Of a stretch of DNA of 53,917 bases, positions 29,190 through 38,507 are shown in pieces. A program made the translations under genes and the position numbers. The stretch's first letter is position 1. Each line of letters opens with the position of its first letter. The notes under the pieces are model-generated. The model was not told the DNA's origin. It ran no database searches and saw only the letters and a list, made by a program, of their open reading frames with translations. This stretch comes from Candidatus Thorarchaeota archaeon (GTDB taxonomy: Archaea > Asgardarchaeota > Thorarchaeia > Thorarchaeales > Thorarchaeaceae): positions 1 to 53,917 of the forward strand of contig JBHIAE010000020.1 of NCBI GenBank assembly GCA_046758445.1, given 5' to 3'.

Positions 29190-32029
29190 GTGCCTTTTCT
29201 CAATTGAGCCAGGAGATTAACGAGTTCTTGGTTAGTCAAGGAATGACTTCACCGACACCGATCCAAGAACAGGCGATTCCGGTCATACTCGATGGTCAGG
29301 CAGACATTCTTCTTCTCTCCCCAACGGGCTCTGGCAAGACTGAGGCAGCCCTGCTACCACTGCTTCATCGTCTACATCAGCTTCAGCAGGAGCGCGAGCT
29401 CTTTGGCTTCTATATACTCTACATCACTCCCCTGAGAGCTCTCAATAGGGATGTCTTCAGGCGAATTGAGAAACTCTGCGTACACCTTGGACTGACTGTC
29501 TCGGTGAGGCACGGGGATACTACTCAATATAGAAGAAGGCAGCAGGCCATCAAGCCCCCGAACTTGCTCATTACTACCCCTGAATCCCTTCAGGCGATTC
29601 TTCCGGGAAAGAGACTCAGATATCATTTGAAGACCGTCTTTGCTGTAGTCGTAGACGAGGTCCATGAGCTGGCTGATAGTAAGAGAGGGGTTCAGCTGAG
29701 TCTAGGTCTTGAGCGCCTCGAGCATCTGATAGGAGGAGAGGTTCAGAGGATAGGGCTGTCTGCTACGGTTGGAAACGTGAGAAATGTAGGGAAGCTCCTC
29801 TCAGGTTCGAGCAGTGCTGTCAAGACCATCTGGGCAGGGTATGATCTCCGGGAGATGAATCTCAGAGTAGAAGCTCCCGTTCCCAGCCCTGAACATGAGA
29901 AGCTAAGTAGAAAGCTCTCTTATCCCTTGCATTCTACGGCACGTCTAGAGAGAATAGTCGATTTGATTGGAGGGCATTCGTCGACTCTAGTCTTCATAAA
30001 CACGCGTTCCTTTGCCGAAACCTTGGGAGCTAAGATGAGGGCATTGAAGCCAAGCTACGAATTCGATGTTCATCATGGGTCGCTCTCAAGGGACGTTCGT
30101 GTGTCGGCTGAGGAGAGATTGAAGACAGGTGCCTCCAAGGCAATCATCGCTACTTCGAGCCTTGAGTTGGGAATAGACATAGGACAAGCAGATCTTGTAA
30201 TTCAATATAGCAGTCCTCGAGAGGTTTCTCGAGCCTTGCAACGAACAGGACGAGCGGGTCATGGAATAGGCAGGGTTGCGAATGGTATCATAGTTGCAAC
30301 AATGAACTTGGATGATATTACCGAGTCAGGAGCTATTGTTAGACGGGCACTTCTGAATAAGGTTGAGAAAGCAAATATCCCAATAGGGGCGTGGGATGTC
30401 CTCTGTCACCAGATTGTTGGCATTTTGCTTGATACACAGGAGATTGAGATTGAGAGTCTATACAAGATTGTCACGTCAGCGTTTCCCTATGCAGACTTGG
30501 ACGTACAGGACCTTGATAGAGTGCTTCAATTCATGGTTGAGAGGGGCTGGGCAGAAGTGAGTGGGAGCTTGGTTAGAAGAGGAAGGAGGGCACGGATCTT
30601 CTACTATGAGCACCTTAGCACAATACCTGACGTTCACAAGGTCAACGCATTAGATATGGCTACACGTTCAAGCATCGGTGTATTGGATGAGGAATACGTG
30701 ACGCAGAACATCGAAACAGGTTCCGTCTTTGTGATAAGAGGACGGCCATGGGAGGTTGTCAGCATTGAGGAAGACGAAGTGCTGTGCGCCCCAGTCACAG
30801 ATACCAACACAGATGCACCTAGATGGATTGGCGAGATGATACCAGTGCCTTTTGAGGTGGCAACAGAAGTTGCCAAGGTGTGGAATGTTGTCGGAGAGAG
30901 AAAGACTCGTGATAGTAGGAAGTGGTTGGAGAGGGAGTATGGAATCACGGACGAGGCACAGACTCATGTGATTGAAACCGTCAAGCTAGCAAAGAAGGAA
31001 TTGGGCCGATTACCCTCGGAGAATCTCATCATAGTGGAGGACTTCAACGCTGGCGTCGTTCTGCATGTTCCACTCGGGACGAAAGCTAACGAAACGTTAG
31101 GTGTGGTCATTGCCGCACTATTGACAACTCGGCTTGGTGTAGAGGTGGGTGTTGAGAGAGACCCTTATCGCATCCTGCTGACTTCAACAGGCGGTCTGGA
31201 TGCAGAACAGGTTGTGGATGCTCTCAAGGACTATACGGGAGAGCAGGTATCTACAATTCTGAGGTTAGCTGCCAAGTCCACACATAACTTCTCATCTCGA
31301 TTCATCCACGTGGGCCGACGAATGGGAATCATCAGAAGGGACGCGAAGATGAGAGAGATTCCAGTCCGGAAGCTCATCAGAGCTTATGAGGGGGCACTCG
31401 TGTTTGACGAGGCAATGAGAGAAGTCCTGCAGGAGAAGCTTGATGAGTCCCGAGTGAAGCGGCTGTTTGACAAAGCCGCAAATGACGAGATTGAGATTCA
31501 TATTGCAAGAACTGACATGCCCTCTGCTCTTGCTCGACTAATAGTGGAGGAGAAGACGCGCTTTGAGGTGATAGGGGAGATCACTGATGAGGATGAGGTG
31601 CTGGCGGTTATGGAAGAGAGACTACTTTCTCGCCGTTTTAGGCTGGTCTGCATGGGAAGTGGTGACTGGAGCTCGATACGAACAGTTTCTTCGATGGAAG
31701 ACAGTGTAAGTTGTCCTGTCTGCGGATCTACAATGATTGCTGCGCTTCCAATGAAAGACACCGAGTTCAAGAAGATTGTAGCAAAGCATGTGGCTGGTAA
31801 GCCGCTAACACGTAGCGAGAAGAAGAAGTACAGAGCAGGAGGACTGAGTGCTACACTTGTTTCCAGCTATGGTAAGAGAGCACTAGTCGTGCTTGCAGGT
31901 CGTGGTATTGGACCCGACACTGCGTCAAGGATATTGCGACCGGGACTTGATGACCGTCACTCTCTACTGAAGGAAATAGCCATGGCAGAGAGAGAGTATG
32001 CAAGGACCAGGCCATTCTGGAGGGACTGA
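29186..32029 (+). CDS. lhr: Lhr-family SF2 DEAD/DEAH helicase
   Basis: SPTGSGKT, PLRALNRD, TTPESL, DEVHE, LSATVGN, HHGSLS, TSSLELGIDIG, QRTGRAGH. Confidence 0.95.
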   Translation: MSAFSQLSQEINEFLVSQGMTSPTPIQEQAIPVILDGQADILLLSPTGSGKTEAALLPLLHRLHQLQQERELFGFYILYITPLRALNRDVFRRIEKLCVHLGLTVSVRHGDTTQYRRRQQAIKPPNLLITTPESLQAILPGKRLRYHLKTVFAVVVDEVHELADSKRGVQLSLGLERLEHLIGGEVQRIGLSATVGNVRNVGKLLSGSSSAVKTIWAGYDLREMNLRVEAPVPSPEHEKLSRKLSYPLHSTARLERIVDLIGGHSSTLVFINTRSFAETLGAKMRALKPSYEFDVHHGSLSRDVRVSAEERLKTGASKAIIATSSLELGIDIGQADLVIQYSSPREVSRALQRTGRAGHGIGRVANGIIVATMNLDDITESGAIVRRALLNKVEKANIPIGAWDVLCHQIVGILLDTQEIEIESLYKIVTSAFPYADLDVQDLDRVLQFMVERGWAEVSGSLVRRGRRARIFYYEHLSTIPDVHKVNALDMATRSSIGVLDEEYVTQNIETGSVFVIRGRPWEVVSIEEDEVLCAPVTDTNTDAPRWIGEMIPVPFEVATEVAKVWNVVGERKTRDSRKWLEREYGITDEAQTHVIETVKLAKKELGRLPSENLIIVEDFNAGVVLHVPLGTKANETLGVVIAALLTTRLGVEVGVERDPYRILLTSTGGLDAEQVVDALKDYTGEQVSTILRLAAKSTHNFSSRFIHVGRRMGIIRRDAKMREIPVRKLIRAYEGALVFDEAMREVLQEKLDESRVKRLFDKAANDEIEIHIARTDMPSALARLIVEEKTRFEVIGEITDEDEVLAVMEERLLSRRFRLVCMGSGDWSSIRTVSSMEDSVSCPVCGSTMIAALPMKDTEFKKIVAKHVAGKPLTRSEKKKYRAGGLSATLVSSYGKRALVVLAGRGIGPDTASRILRPGLDDRHSLLKEIAMAEREYARTRPFWRD

Positions 32030-32030
32030 A

Positions 32031-32621
32031 TTGGAGAAGCCGCTGGTGGTATTTGCAGGCAGAAGCAACGTTGGGAAAAGCAGTATCATAAGGGCACTCA
32101 CTGGTAAGAGAGTAAGAGTGGGGAAGCGGCCTGGCAGCACAAAGTGGGAGTACATGATCGACCTTGGACCTGTGACTTTGGTTGACATTCCAGGGTTTGG
32201 ATACATGGCAGGAACCAGCAAGACTGACATCGAAGAAATGAAAAGGACATTGATTCAGAAGCTAGAGAACTGGAGTAGCCGACTGGCCCTCGCAGTCTTG
32301 ATAATCGACATATCGCTCTTCAGAACACTAGTGGACCGGTGGGAACGCCGGAATGAGATTCCAATTGATGTGGAGTTCTATACGTTCCTGTCTGAGATTG
32401 CTGATAGTGTGATCATAGCTGCAAACAAAATCGACAAGCTAAAGAAACGTCAACAGACAGTTGAGTTAGAATACCTTTCAATGAAACTGACTGAGGCCAT
32501 TCCTGAAAAAGCTCCTCGAATAGTCCGGATGTCAGCCTCCAAGAAACATGGAATCATAGAGCTGAAGAGCACAATAGAGGATACTCTTCGGATTGCAGGG
32601 ACTGACAAACCTCAGTGGTAG
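32031..32621 (+). CDS. engB: GTP-binding protein EngB/YihA
   Basis: GRSNVGKSS, RPGST, DIPGFG, NKID, SA; TTG start at 32031. Confidence 0.92.
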   Translation: MEKPLVVFAGRSNVGKSSIIRALTGKRVRVGKRPGSTKWEYMIDLGPVTLVDIPGFGYMAGTSKTDIEEMKRTLIQKLENWSSRLALAVLIIDISLFRTLVDRWERRNEIPIDVEFYTFLSEIADSVIIAANKIDKLKKRQQTVELEYLSMKLTEAIPEKAPRIVRMSASKKHGIIELKSTIEDTLRIAGTDKPQW

Positions 32622-32624
32622 GCG

Positions 32625-33722
32625 CTATCTCAGCTTCCTGAAGGTGTAGTAGACTGCGCCCACTGCTAGTATGGTCAAGGAGATCATGAGCATAGAGTTA
32701 ATTGCGCCGGGAGGCTCTACGAAACCTTCAGAGAGCCAATCTAGTATATTCATGAACAGACGAGCATTGTCAGCGGTATAGAACCACCTAGACTCACTCC
32801 CGGGTATATCAAGAACAAGCCCAGAGAACATTATTGCAGAACCTGAGATTACGACTCTGCTGTTACCATACTCAAAGGCAGACATCCAAGGTGGAAATGT
32901 CCCATTTATCGCTGAGTATGACCGCGGGCTCTCAGCGAATTCATCCAGTGTCATATTTGGAAAGCTGTAGTTTGCCATTGAGATAGGGTTGAGTCTGAAC
33001 TGGGCAAACGAAGATTCGTGGCCCGTCGCAATGGTGCTGACCAAATCTAGGGGTTTCAGAGTAGCTGTCATCACGACTAACTCATTGATGTTCTTGAAGA
33101 TAGGATGGCTAGCGTCCCATGTGCTTGAGTCCATTAGAGTGATCCATGGCGAAGACTCGTTGACTGCATGCTCGTAGTCAAACATTGAATCCGACCAAGC
33201 CCTGAGTTCTGTTTCATTGACACTAAACCGTGGACCTGTGATATTGAGTGCATGAAGAAGTCGATTCAAGGCGATGTTGTCCCCCATGTCTTGCAGTGCC
33301 AGGTCATCCCAGTATCCGGTGTTGTTTCCAATTACTGGGTCACCAAGGAACAGTATAGAGCTGCCATTGTTCATCATCTCAGCGATTACATTAACTTCAG
33401 TGTCATCAAACGTGTTGGCAGGGTCGGGATCTGCCACAATTAGAACGTCGACATCACTCAATGTTGTGTTCTCGATTGGATCTGTGTTTACTCTCACAAT
33501 GTATTTGGTTGATGCATTTACCATGTCAAGCATCAGCTTGAAACCCGTGTCATCATCGGCTGCAAACTGGGGGAAGTGGGATGCATCATATAGAACAACG
33601 ACTGGATCTAGAGCAGCCTGGGCACTTACCGTGGACTGAAGGGAAGAGAAGAGAACCAATGCTGCAACTGTAACCGCCACGATGTGAGCTGTTCTTTTGA
33701 AACGCGTCATGGGCTCATTCAA
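32625..33722 (-). CDS. Type I membrane glycoprotein with GIFT-like (GldG/IFT52/Wbp1-OST48) domain
   Basis: Signal peptide, YDASH, DVLIV, ILFLGD, LN.LL, RVVISGS..MFS, N..LF.NILDWL, C-terminal TM + basic tail; 10 N-x-S/T sequons. Confidence 0.7.
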   Translation of the reverse strand: MNEPMTRFKRTAHIVAVTVAALVLFSSLQSTVSAQAALDPVVVLYDASHFPQFAADDDTGFKLMLDMVNASTKYIVRVNTDPIENTTLSDVDVLIVADPDPANTFDDTEVNVIAEMMNNGSSILFLGDPVIGNNTGYWDDLALQDMGDNIALNRLLHALNITGPRFSVNETELRAWSDSMFDYEHAVNESSPWITLMDSSTWDASHPIFKNINELVVMTATLKPLDLVSTIATGHESSFAQFRLNPISMANYSFPNMTLDEFAESPRSYSAINGTFPPWMSAFEYGNSRVVISGSAIMFSGLVLDIPGSESRWFYTADNARLFMNILDWLSEGFVEPPGAINSMLMISLTILAVGAVYYTFRKLR

Positions 33723-33801
33723 CCATTCTGCTGAGTCAGCGTGCCAGACTCTAGGCCGTGTTAAAAAGTTATCCTCAGTTCAACAAGTGTGTCAGCTTGT
33801 T

Positions 33802-34188
33802 TCAGTCAGTTCTACGTAGCTCAACGCTCATCTTGCGGCGCTCTGCATCAACTGATTCGATTGTTTCATATTGGTCGCGAATCTCGGCGATTCTCTGAGC
33901 TAGCAGGTGGTAGCACATGTCTACTTCTCTGTCCATAACAACTGAGTGATAGAAACTTCGACACGTGCAGAATACTCTCGGGATAACAAGGTACTCGCGG
34001 CGTTTTCCGAGTACAATCCATCTAGTAGTTTCACTAGGGTGGAACCGATGTTTCGTCACCCTTCCCTCCTCTACCGCTCTGAGTGCCCGTACGAATCTCC
34101 TATCATACTTGGTACGAAAGTACTCGATGTCACTCTGCGTCAGCTCGTCCTTCGAGAGCATCTTTACTTCGTTAGGGAGAAGTGACAT
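33802..34188 (-). CDS. SWIM zinc-finger protein
   Basis: FCTCRSF...CYHLLA (CxC-n-CxH). Confidence 0.85.
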   Translation of the reverse strand: MSLLPNEVKMLSKDELTQSDIEYFRTKYDRRFVRALRAVEEGRVTKHRFHPSETTRWIVLGKRREYLVIPRVFCTCRSFYHSVVMDREVDMCYHLLAQRIAEIRDQYETIESVDAERRKMSVELRRTD

Positions 34189-34253
34189 GTTTCTCAGCTA
34201 CAGTTTCAGACGGTCAGGTTAAAATGTTGTAGGATTGATGACAGAGAACGGCT

Positions 34254-35087
34254 ATGGAAACCGTTTTCGAAGATCGCGCGTTGGTTGTTCAGACAGAGAG
34301 TCAGACAGCTCTGTTGTTGTCCGACCTACACCTCGGGTTTGAACACGAACTCTATGAGAAGAAGGGTGTTGCATTTCCAGCTCAACATACAAGCATATTC
34401 AATAGAGTGGCATCACTGGTAGAGAATCATTCCATCAATGAGATCTATGTAATTGGCGATGTCAAACATACAATTGCTACGGACAGCCGCTTCAATTGGC
34501 AATCAATACCTGACTTCATGACAGCAATATCACAACTCTGTCCAACCTATGTCATACCTGGAAACCACGATGGCAACTTACTTCCTCTTCTGCCAAGGAA
34601 TGTGACAGTCACTGATGTTCGCGGTGTCTTGGTGGGCGAATATGATGATGCCGTCGGAATCATACATGGCCATGCGTGGCCTTCGCCAGAAGTCTTAATG
34701 GCCAATATGCTCGTTGTTGGACATAATCACCCAACACTGCGAAATGTGAGAGTCGTTGACGCGCCAGAGATTGATAGGGCCGACAAGCGAAAGTTTGCCG
34801 GCGTCATCCCGGTTGCCATACGCTCCAAGTTGGACAAGAACTGTGTTCGTCAAGCCATCGGCGTTCTGGAGATTCCTGATAATCCAGAGGGCGTTATTGT
34901 CACTCTTCCAAGCTTCAACGAGCTCTTCTCAGGAGTGCAGGTAAACACTCCAAAAACGGACTTCCTTGGCCCCATCTTTGAGAATCACTGTGCCGACCTC
35001 CAGAGCTCTGAAGTCTTTAGCATAACTGGAGTCTACTTGGGCACTGTGGAATCGTTGCGTAGTCGTTTCAACGAAATCATTAAATGA
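34254..35087 (+). CDS. Metallophosphoesterase (calcineurin-like)
   Basis: SDLHLG, GDVKH, PGNHD, IHGH, GHNHP, LPSFN. Confidence 0.92.
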   Translation: METVFEDRALVVQTESQTALLLSDLHLGFEHELYEKKGVAFPAQHTSIFNRVASLVENHSINEIYVIGDVKHTIATDSRFNWQSIPDFMTAISQLCPTYVIPGNHDGNLLPLLPRNVTVTDVRGVLVGEYDDAVGIIHGHAWPSPEVLMANMLVVGHNHPTLRNVRVVDAPEIDRADKRKFAGVIPVAIRSKLDKNCVRQAIGVLEIPDNPEGVIVTLPSFNELFSGVQVNTPKTDFLGPIFENHCADLQSSEVFSITGVYLGTVESLRSRFNEIIK

Positions 35088-35114
35088 TTCACTCAGAGGA
35101 GTCACTCCAGCCAT

Positions 35115-35191
35115 GGGTCGGTGGTCTAGCTTGGTATGATTCGTGGTTCGGATCCACGGGATCGCGAGTTCAAATCTCGTCCGGCCCACCA
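35115..35191 (+). tRNA. tRNA-Pro(CGG), CCA encoded
   Basis: Acceptor GGGTCGG/CCGGCCC, anticodon arm CGTGG-TTCGGAT-CCACG, T loop TTCAAAT, ends ACCA. Confidence 0.95.
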
Positions 35192-35252
35192 TCTTTTCTC
35201 TCTCCTTTCTAGGGCATACAACTTATCTCAAAGTGGCCAACCTAGAAGTATC

Positions 35253-35966
35253 ATGACTGACGTCTACAAGATAATGGCGAAGTATTACGACCTCATGTAT
35301 TCGTGGAAGGATTATGATAGCGAAACCCAAAGACTCCACAAGATTGTACAGGAATACAAGACTTCGCCTGGAGAGGACCTCTTGGAAGTCGGATGTGGCA
35401 CAGGAGGACACGTTGAGTATCTAAAGCAATACTATGAGGTCAGTGGGTTGGACCTCAGTCAGGAGATGCTTGCCATTGCCAGAGAGAAGCACTAGGACGT
35501 TCCATTCATCTGTGCGGACATGACGAGCATGGAACTGGACCACGAGTACGAAATAGTCGCCAGTTTCTTTGGGTCTACAAGTCACCTCACAACACGGGGA
35601 GCTCTGATAGATGCGATTCGGTCATTCTCAAGACGCACTAAGCCGGGTGGCGTGGTCATCATTGAACCTTTCGTGACTGCAGAAACTGTGCGTCCCGGGT
35701 CTATGGGTATTAACTGTGTGGACCTATCAGATGTCAAGATTAGTCGTGTTAATAGAGGTAGATTGGAGGGAGATATCGTATACCTTGATTTTCACTTCCT
35801 CATTGCAACAGAGAATGGAGTTGAGCACCTCTTTGACCCAAGTCCAATGGGTATCTTCCCAAGAGCTGTCTTCAAGGACATAATGGAGGACAATGGGTTC
35901 ACTGTAGACCATGTTGAGCCGGGACTCATGAAGAGGACAGGACTATTTGTTGGGGTTAGGAGCTAG
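35253..35966 (+). pseudogene. Class I SAM-dependent methyltransferase interrupted by an in-frame TAG (35493-35495)
   Basis: YYDLMY..KDY, LLEVGCGTG.H, GLDLS.EML..AREKH*DVPFICADM continues in frame into PGGVVIIEP...LDFHFL. Confidence 0.8.
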
Positions 35967-35983
35967 TCAGAGCCCTCAATGTA

Positions 35984-36460
35984 TCATGATTGTGCAACAT
36001 TCAGACCATGGAGAACCACTGCTGCTGATCCTGCAGGGCCTATGTCGACACGGGCATCAAGGCTGAAACACTCACCCATGTCCATTTCTTTCCTAGAAAA
36101 TGAGGTGTTACTTCCTGAAAACACAATGACAACTCGCTCTTCGGAGTTCACACGTTGGGCAAGACTGCGGATATCTAGTTGCGTCATCTTCAACACTGGT
36201 GATGTAATCAGAATGGGTCTATCTACACCTAGGACTTCAATGACATCACTAAGATGAGGAAGAACCATGAAGCTTCCCTTCATCTTCATCGCTAGACGAT
36301 TGGCCCCGGGAACCCCTGTCTGGGCGGCTGAACCTTCAGCTTTGGAAACCACGAAGTTCTTGAAACCTAGTCCATAGACTACCTGTGCCGTGTCAAGAAC
36401 CTTGCTTACCGCATGAACATCATGAAGCACAACGTAGACATTCTTCAGCAAGTCACTCAA
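35984..36460 (-). CDS. SPOUT-like protein (COG4080/DUF2122-type)
   Basis: VVLHDV.....D.A..VYG, SKA.GSAAQ.GVP, VIVFSG...SFS..E, DIGPAG; overlaps the C5-MTase stop. Confidence 0.72.
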   Translation of the reverse strand: MSDLLKNVYVVLHDVHAVSKVLDTAQVVYGLGFKNFVVSKAEGSAAQTGVPGANRLAMKMKGSFMVLPHLSDVIEVLGVDRPILITSPVLKMTQLDIRSLAQRVNSEERVVIVFSGSNTSFSRKEMDMGECFSLDARVDIGPAGSAAVVLHGLNVAQS

Positions 36461-37418
36461 GATGCTTTTGAACCTCCTCTGCAATCAGATGCGAGATTAG
36501 CGGTGGGACGCTTTCACCCACCTGATTATACTGGCGATCTGTTGGACCCTTGAATACGAATGTGTCAGGATAGCTCATGAGTCTTGCGTGCTCCCGAACT
36601 GTGAGAAGCCGATCTTCGAAAGGATGTATGTAACGCGAAAGCCCGATTATTGATGTAGAAACTTGATCAGGTGCGAGACGGACCCAATTCGGCATCGTGC
36701 GGGTCTTAGATGCTCTAAAATGCTTGGCGCCATGGCGCCACCGGGTCCTTCTGATAGTCTTTAGCCAGCCCTCGGTCAAAGAGTGCAGGTCATGATTAGC
36801 AACATGGTCGCTTGGAGCAAAGAGTGCATCTATGCCGAGAAACGGGAGGTCTCCAATTGCCTCCATAACCTGCGGAGGGATTCCTCGGGGAAGGTTGAAT
36901 TTCACGTTGCCGATGAATACTCTGAGGCGCTTTGAAGGGTTGCCATGTTGATGAGCACGTACCATGTTGAACCAGACATTGTCAATCCCAACTCGTTCAA
37001 ACTCTTTTCGCACAATCTCACTGCCACCCCTATGAAGCAGCGCCGCCACATTCTCGATTAGGAAGACTGACGGTGTCAGGTCTCCAATGACTCTAATGGT
37101 ATCGAGAAGAAGTCTGGCTGTCCCAGTACCATAGATCCGCTCGGCTGCTGGAGTGTCACTATCAGGATTCGCACGACTGAACTCTTCACAGGGCGGAGAG
37201 GCGATTATGATGTCAGGTTTGCTGCCAAGCTCGTTCAGAATCTCAACAGAATGAGTGGCTCCTATGTCCCTTTGGAGTGTTATTGCTCCGGGACAGTTCT
37301 CGGAGAAAGTAAGCAAGGCAGAAGGATCTATGTCCACAGCTAGATGTGTCGCATCAAAGTTCGATATGAAGCCTGATGAGAATCCACCAGCACCTGAGAA
37401 TAGGTCCAATACCTTCAT
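36453..37418 (-). CDS. Orphan C5-cytosine methyltransferase
   Basis: DLFSGAGG (motif I), SPPC (IV), ENV (VI), R.R.F (VIII), LTVRE.ARL.SYPD, GESVPP; ATG at 37418. Confidence 0.9.
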   Translation of the reverse strand: MKVLDLFSGAGGFSSGFISNFDATHLAVDIDPSALLTFSENCPGAITLQRDIGATHSVEILNELGSKPDIIIASPPCEEFSRANPDSDTPAAERIYGTGTARLLLDTIRVIGDLTPSVFLIENVAALLHRGGSEIVRKEFERVGIDNVWFNMVRAHQHGNPSKRLRVFIGNVKFNLPRGIPPQVMEAIGDLPFLGIDALFAPSDHVANHDLHSLTEGWLKTIRRTRWRHGAKHFRASKTRTMPNWVRLAPDQVSTSIIGLSRYIHPFEDRLLTVREHARLMSYPDTFVFKGPTDRQYNQVGESVPPLISHLIAEEVQKHLE

Positions 37419-37558
37419 GTCTGCTTGCGATTCGTGTGAAGTGAACAAGAGTCTTGCGTAAAGATTAGTCTTGGTCCACTTTGAATAGTGACGAAGGAAG
37501 AGTTCAAAAGTGGCGATACGCCTTCCCGCTGCAAATCTCAACGATTGAGTGTGAGAGA

Positions 37559-38500
37559 ATGGGAAGAGGCACCGGGCGCGGCAAGAGCATCTTGTTTGGA
37601 GAGCACTTTGTTGTCTACGGCCTTCCTGCACTGGCCGCAGGCATATCTGCAGAAACGGTAGCATATGTTAGCAGATCAAAGGACCTAGGCTGGAGATTAG
37701 ACGATAGAAGACCCGAAGTGCCAGGCTACAAGGCCAAGAAGCTGGATGAACAGACCGTTTCAATCAATAACGTTCTTAGAGCGGCAGGAATGGACATGAG
37801 TGATAAGGGAATCTTTATCGAGTATGAGGGGGACTTGGTCTGCGCTTCTGGATTTGGAGCCAGTGCCGCCAGCTGCGTGTCACTTGCCCGTGCATTGAAC
37901 GACGAGTTCGGCCTCGGATTTGACGATGATACGATAAACGAGATTGCATATGAGGGAGAGAAGGGGTATCACGGAACCCCGTCGGGAATTGACAATACTG
38001 CTTCAACTTTTGGCGGCCTCGTGTGGTATGTAAGAGATCTAAGTGGCGGCGCTCCCACCTTTGAGAAGCTCAAGCTCAAGAAGTCAATTCACCTCACAAT
38101 TGCATCCACAGGCCTTACAGCAAGCACTTCTGACGTCGTTGGCGATGTTCGAGCCAAGAAAGAGGAGAATCCTGATTGGTTCAATGCAATTGCCACCAAA
38201 TACGAGGGATTGGTTCATCAGGCAAGAGAGGCGCTTCTTGAGGTCAATTTGAACCAAGTTGGAGAATTGATGAACAAGAACCACGAATTGTTACAGATTC
38301 TGACTGTTTCCTGCAAGGAACTGGACGAAATGGTTGAGAATGCTAGGAAGAACGGAGCTCTTGGAGCGAAACTCACTGGAACTGGACGTGGTGGTAACAT
38401 GATTGCCGTTGCGCCAAACGAAGAGGTTCAGAGGCAAATTGGTGATTCATTGGAGGAGGGTGGAGCGCCTCTTGTCTACAACACGACTTTCGGACTTTGA
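37559..38500 (+). CDS. mvk: Mevalonate kinase
   Basis: GKSILFGEHFVVYG, SGFGASAA, HG.PSGID, GAKLTGTGRGG. Confidence 0.94.
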   Translation: MGRGTGRGKSILFGEHFVVYGLPALAAGISAETVAYVSRSKDLGWRLDDRRPEVPGYKAKKLDEQTVSINNVLRAAGMDMSDKGIFIEYEGDLVCASGFGASAASCVSLARALNDEFGLGFDDDTINEIAYEGEKGYHGTPSGIDNTASTFGGLVWYVRDLSGGAPTFEKLKLKKSIHLTIASTGLTASTSDVVGDVRAKKEENPDWFNAIATKYEGLVHQAREALLEVNLNQVGELMNKNHELLQILTVSCKELDEMVENARKNGALGAKLTGTGRGGNMIAVAPNEEVQRQIGDSLEEGGAPLVYNTTFGL

Positions 38501-38507
38501 TTGAGGT

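Noticed and set aside
35493-35495. Genome-wide TAG-to-pyrrolysine reassignment
   Set aside because: At least ten conserved genes in the window end in TAG at their expected C-termini
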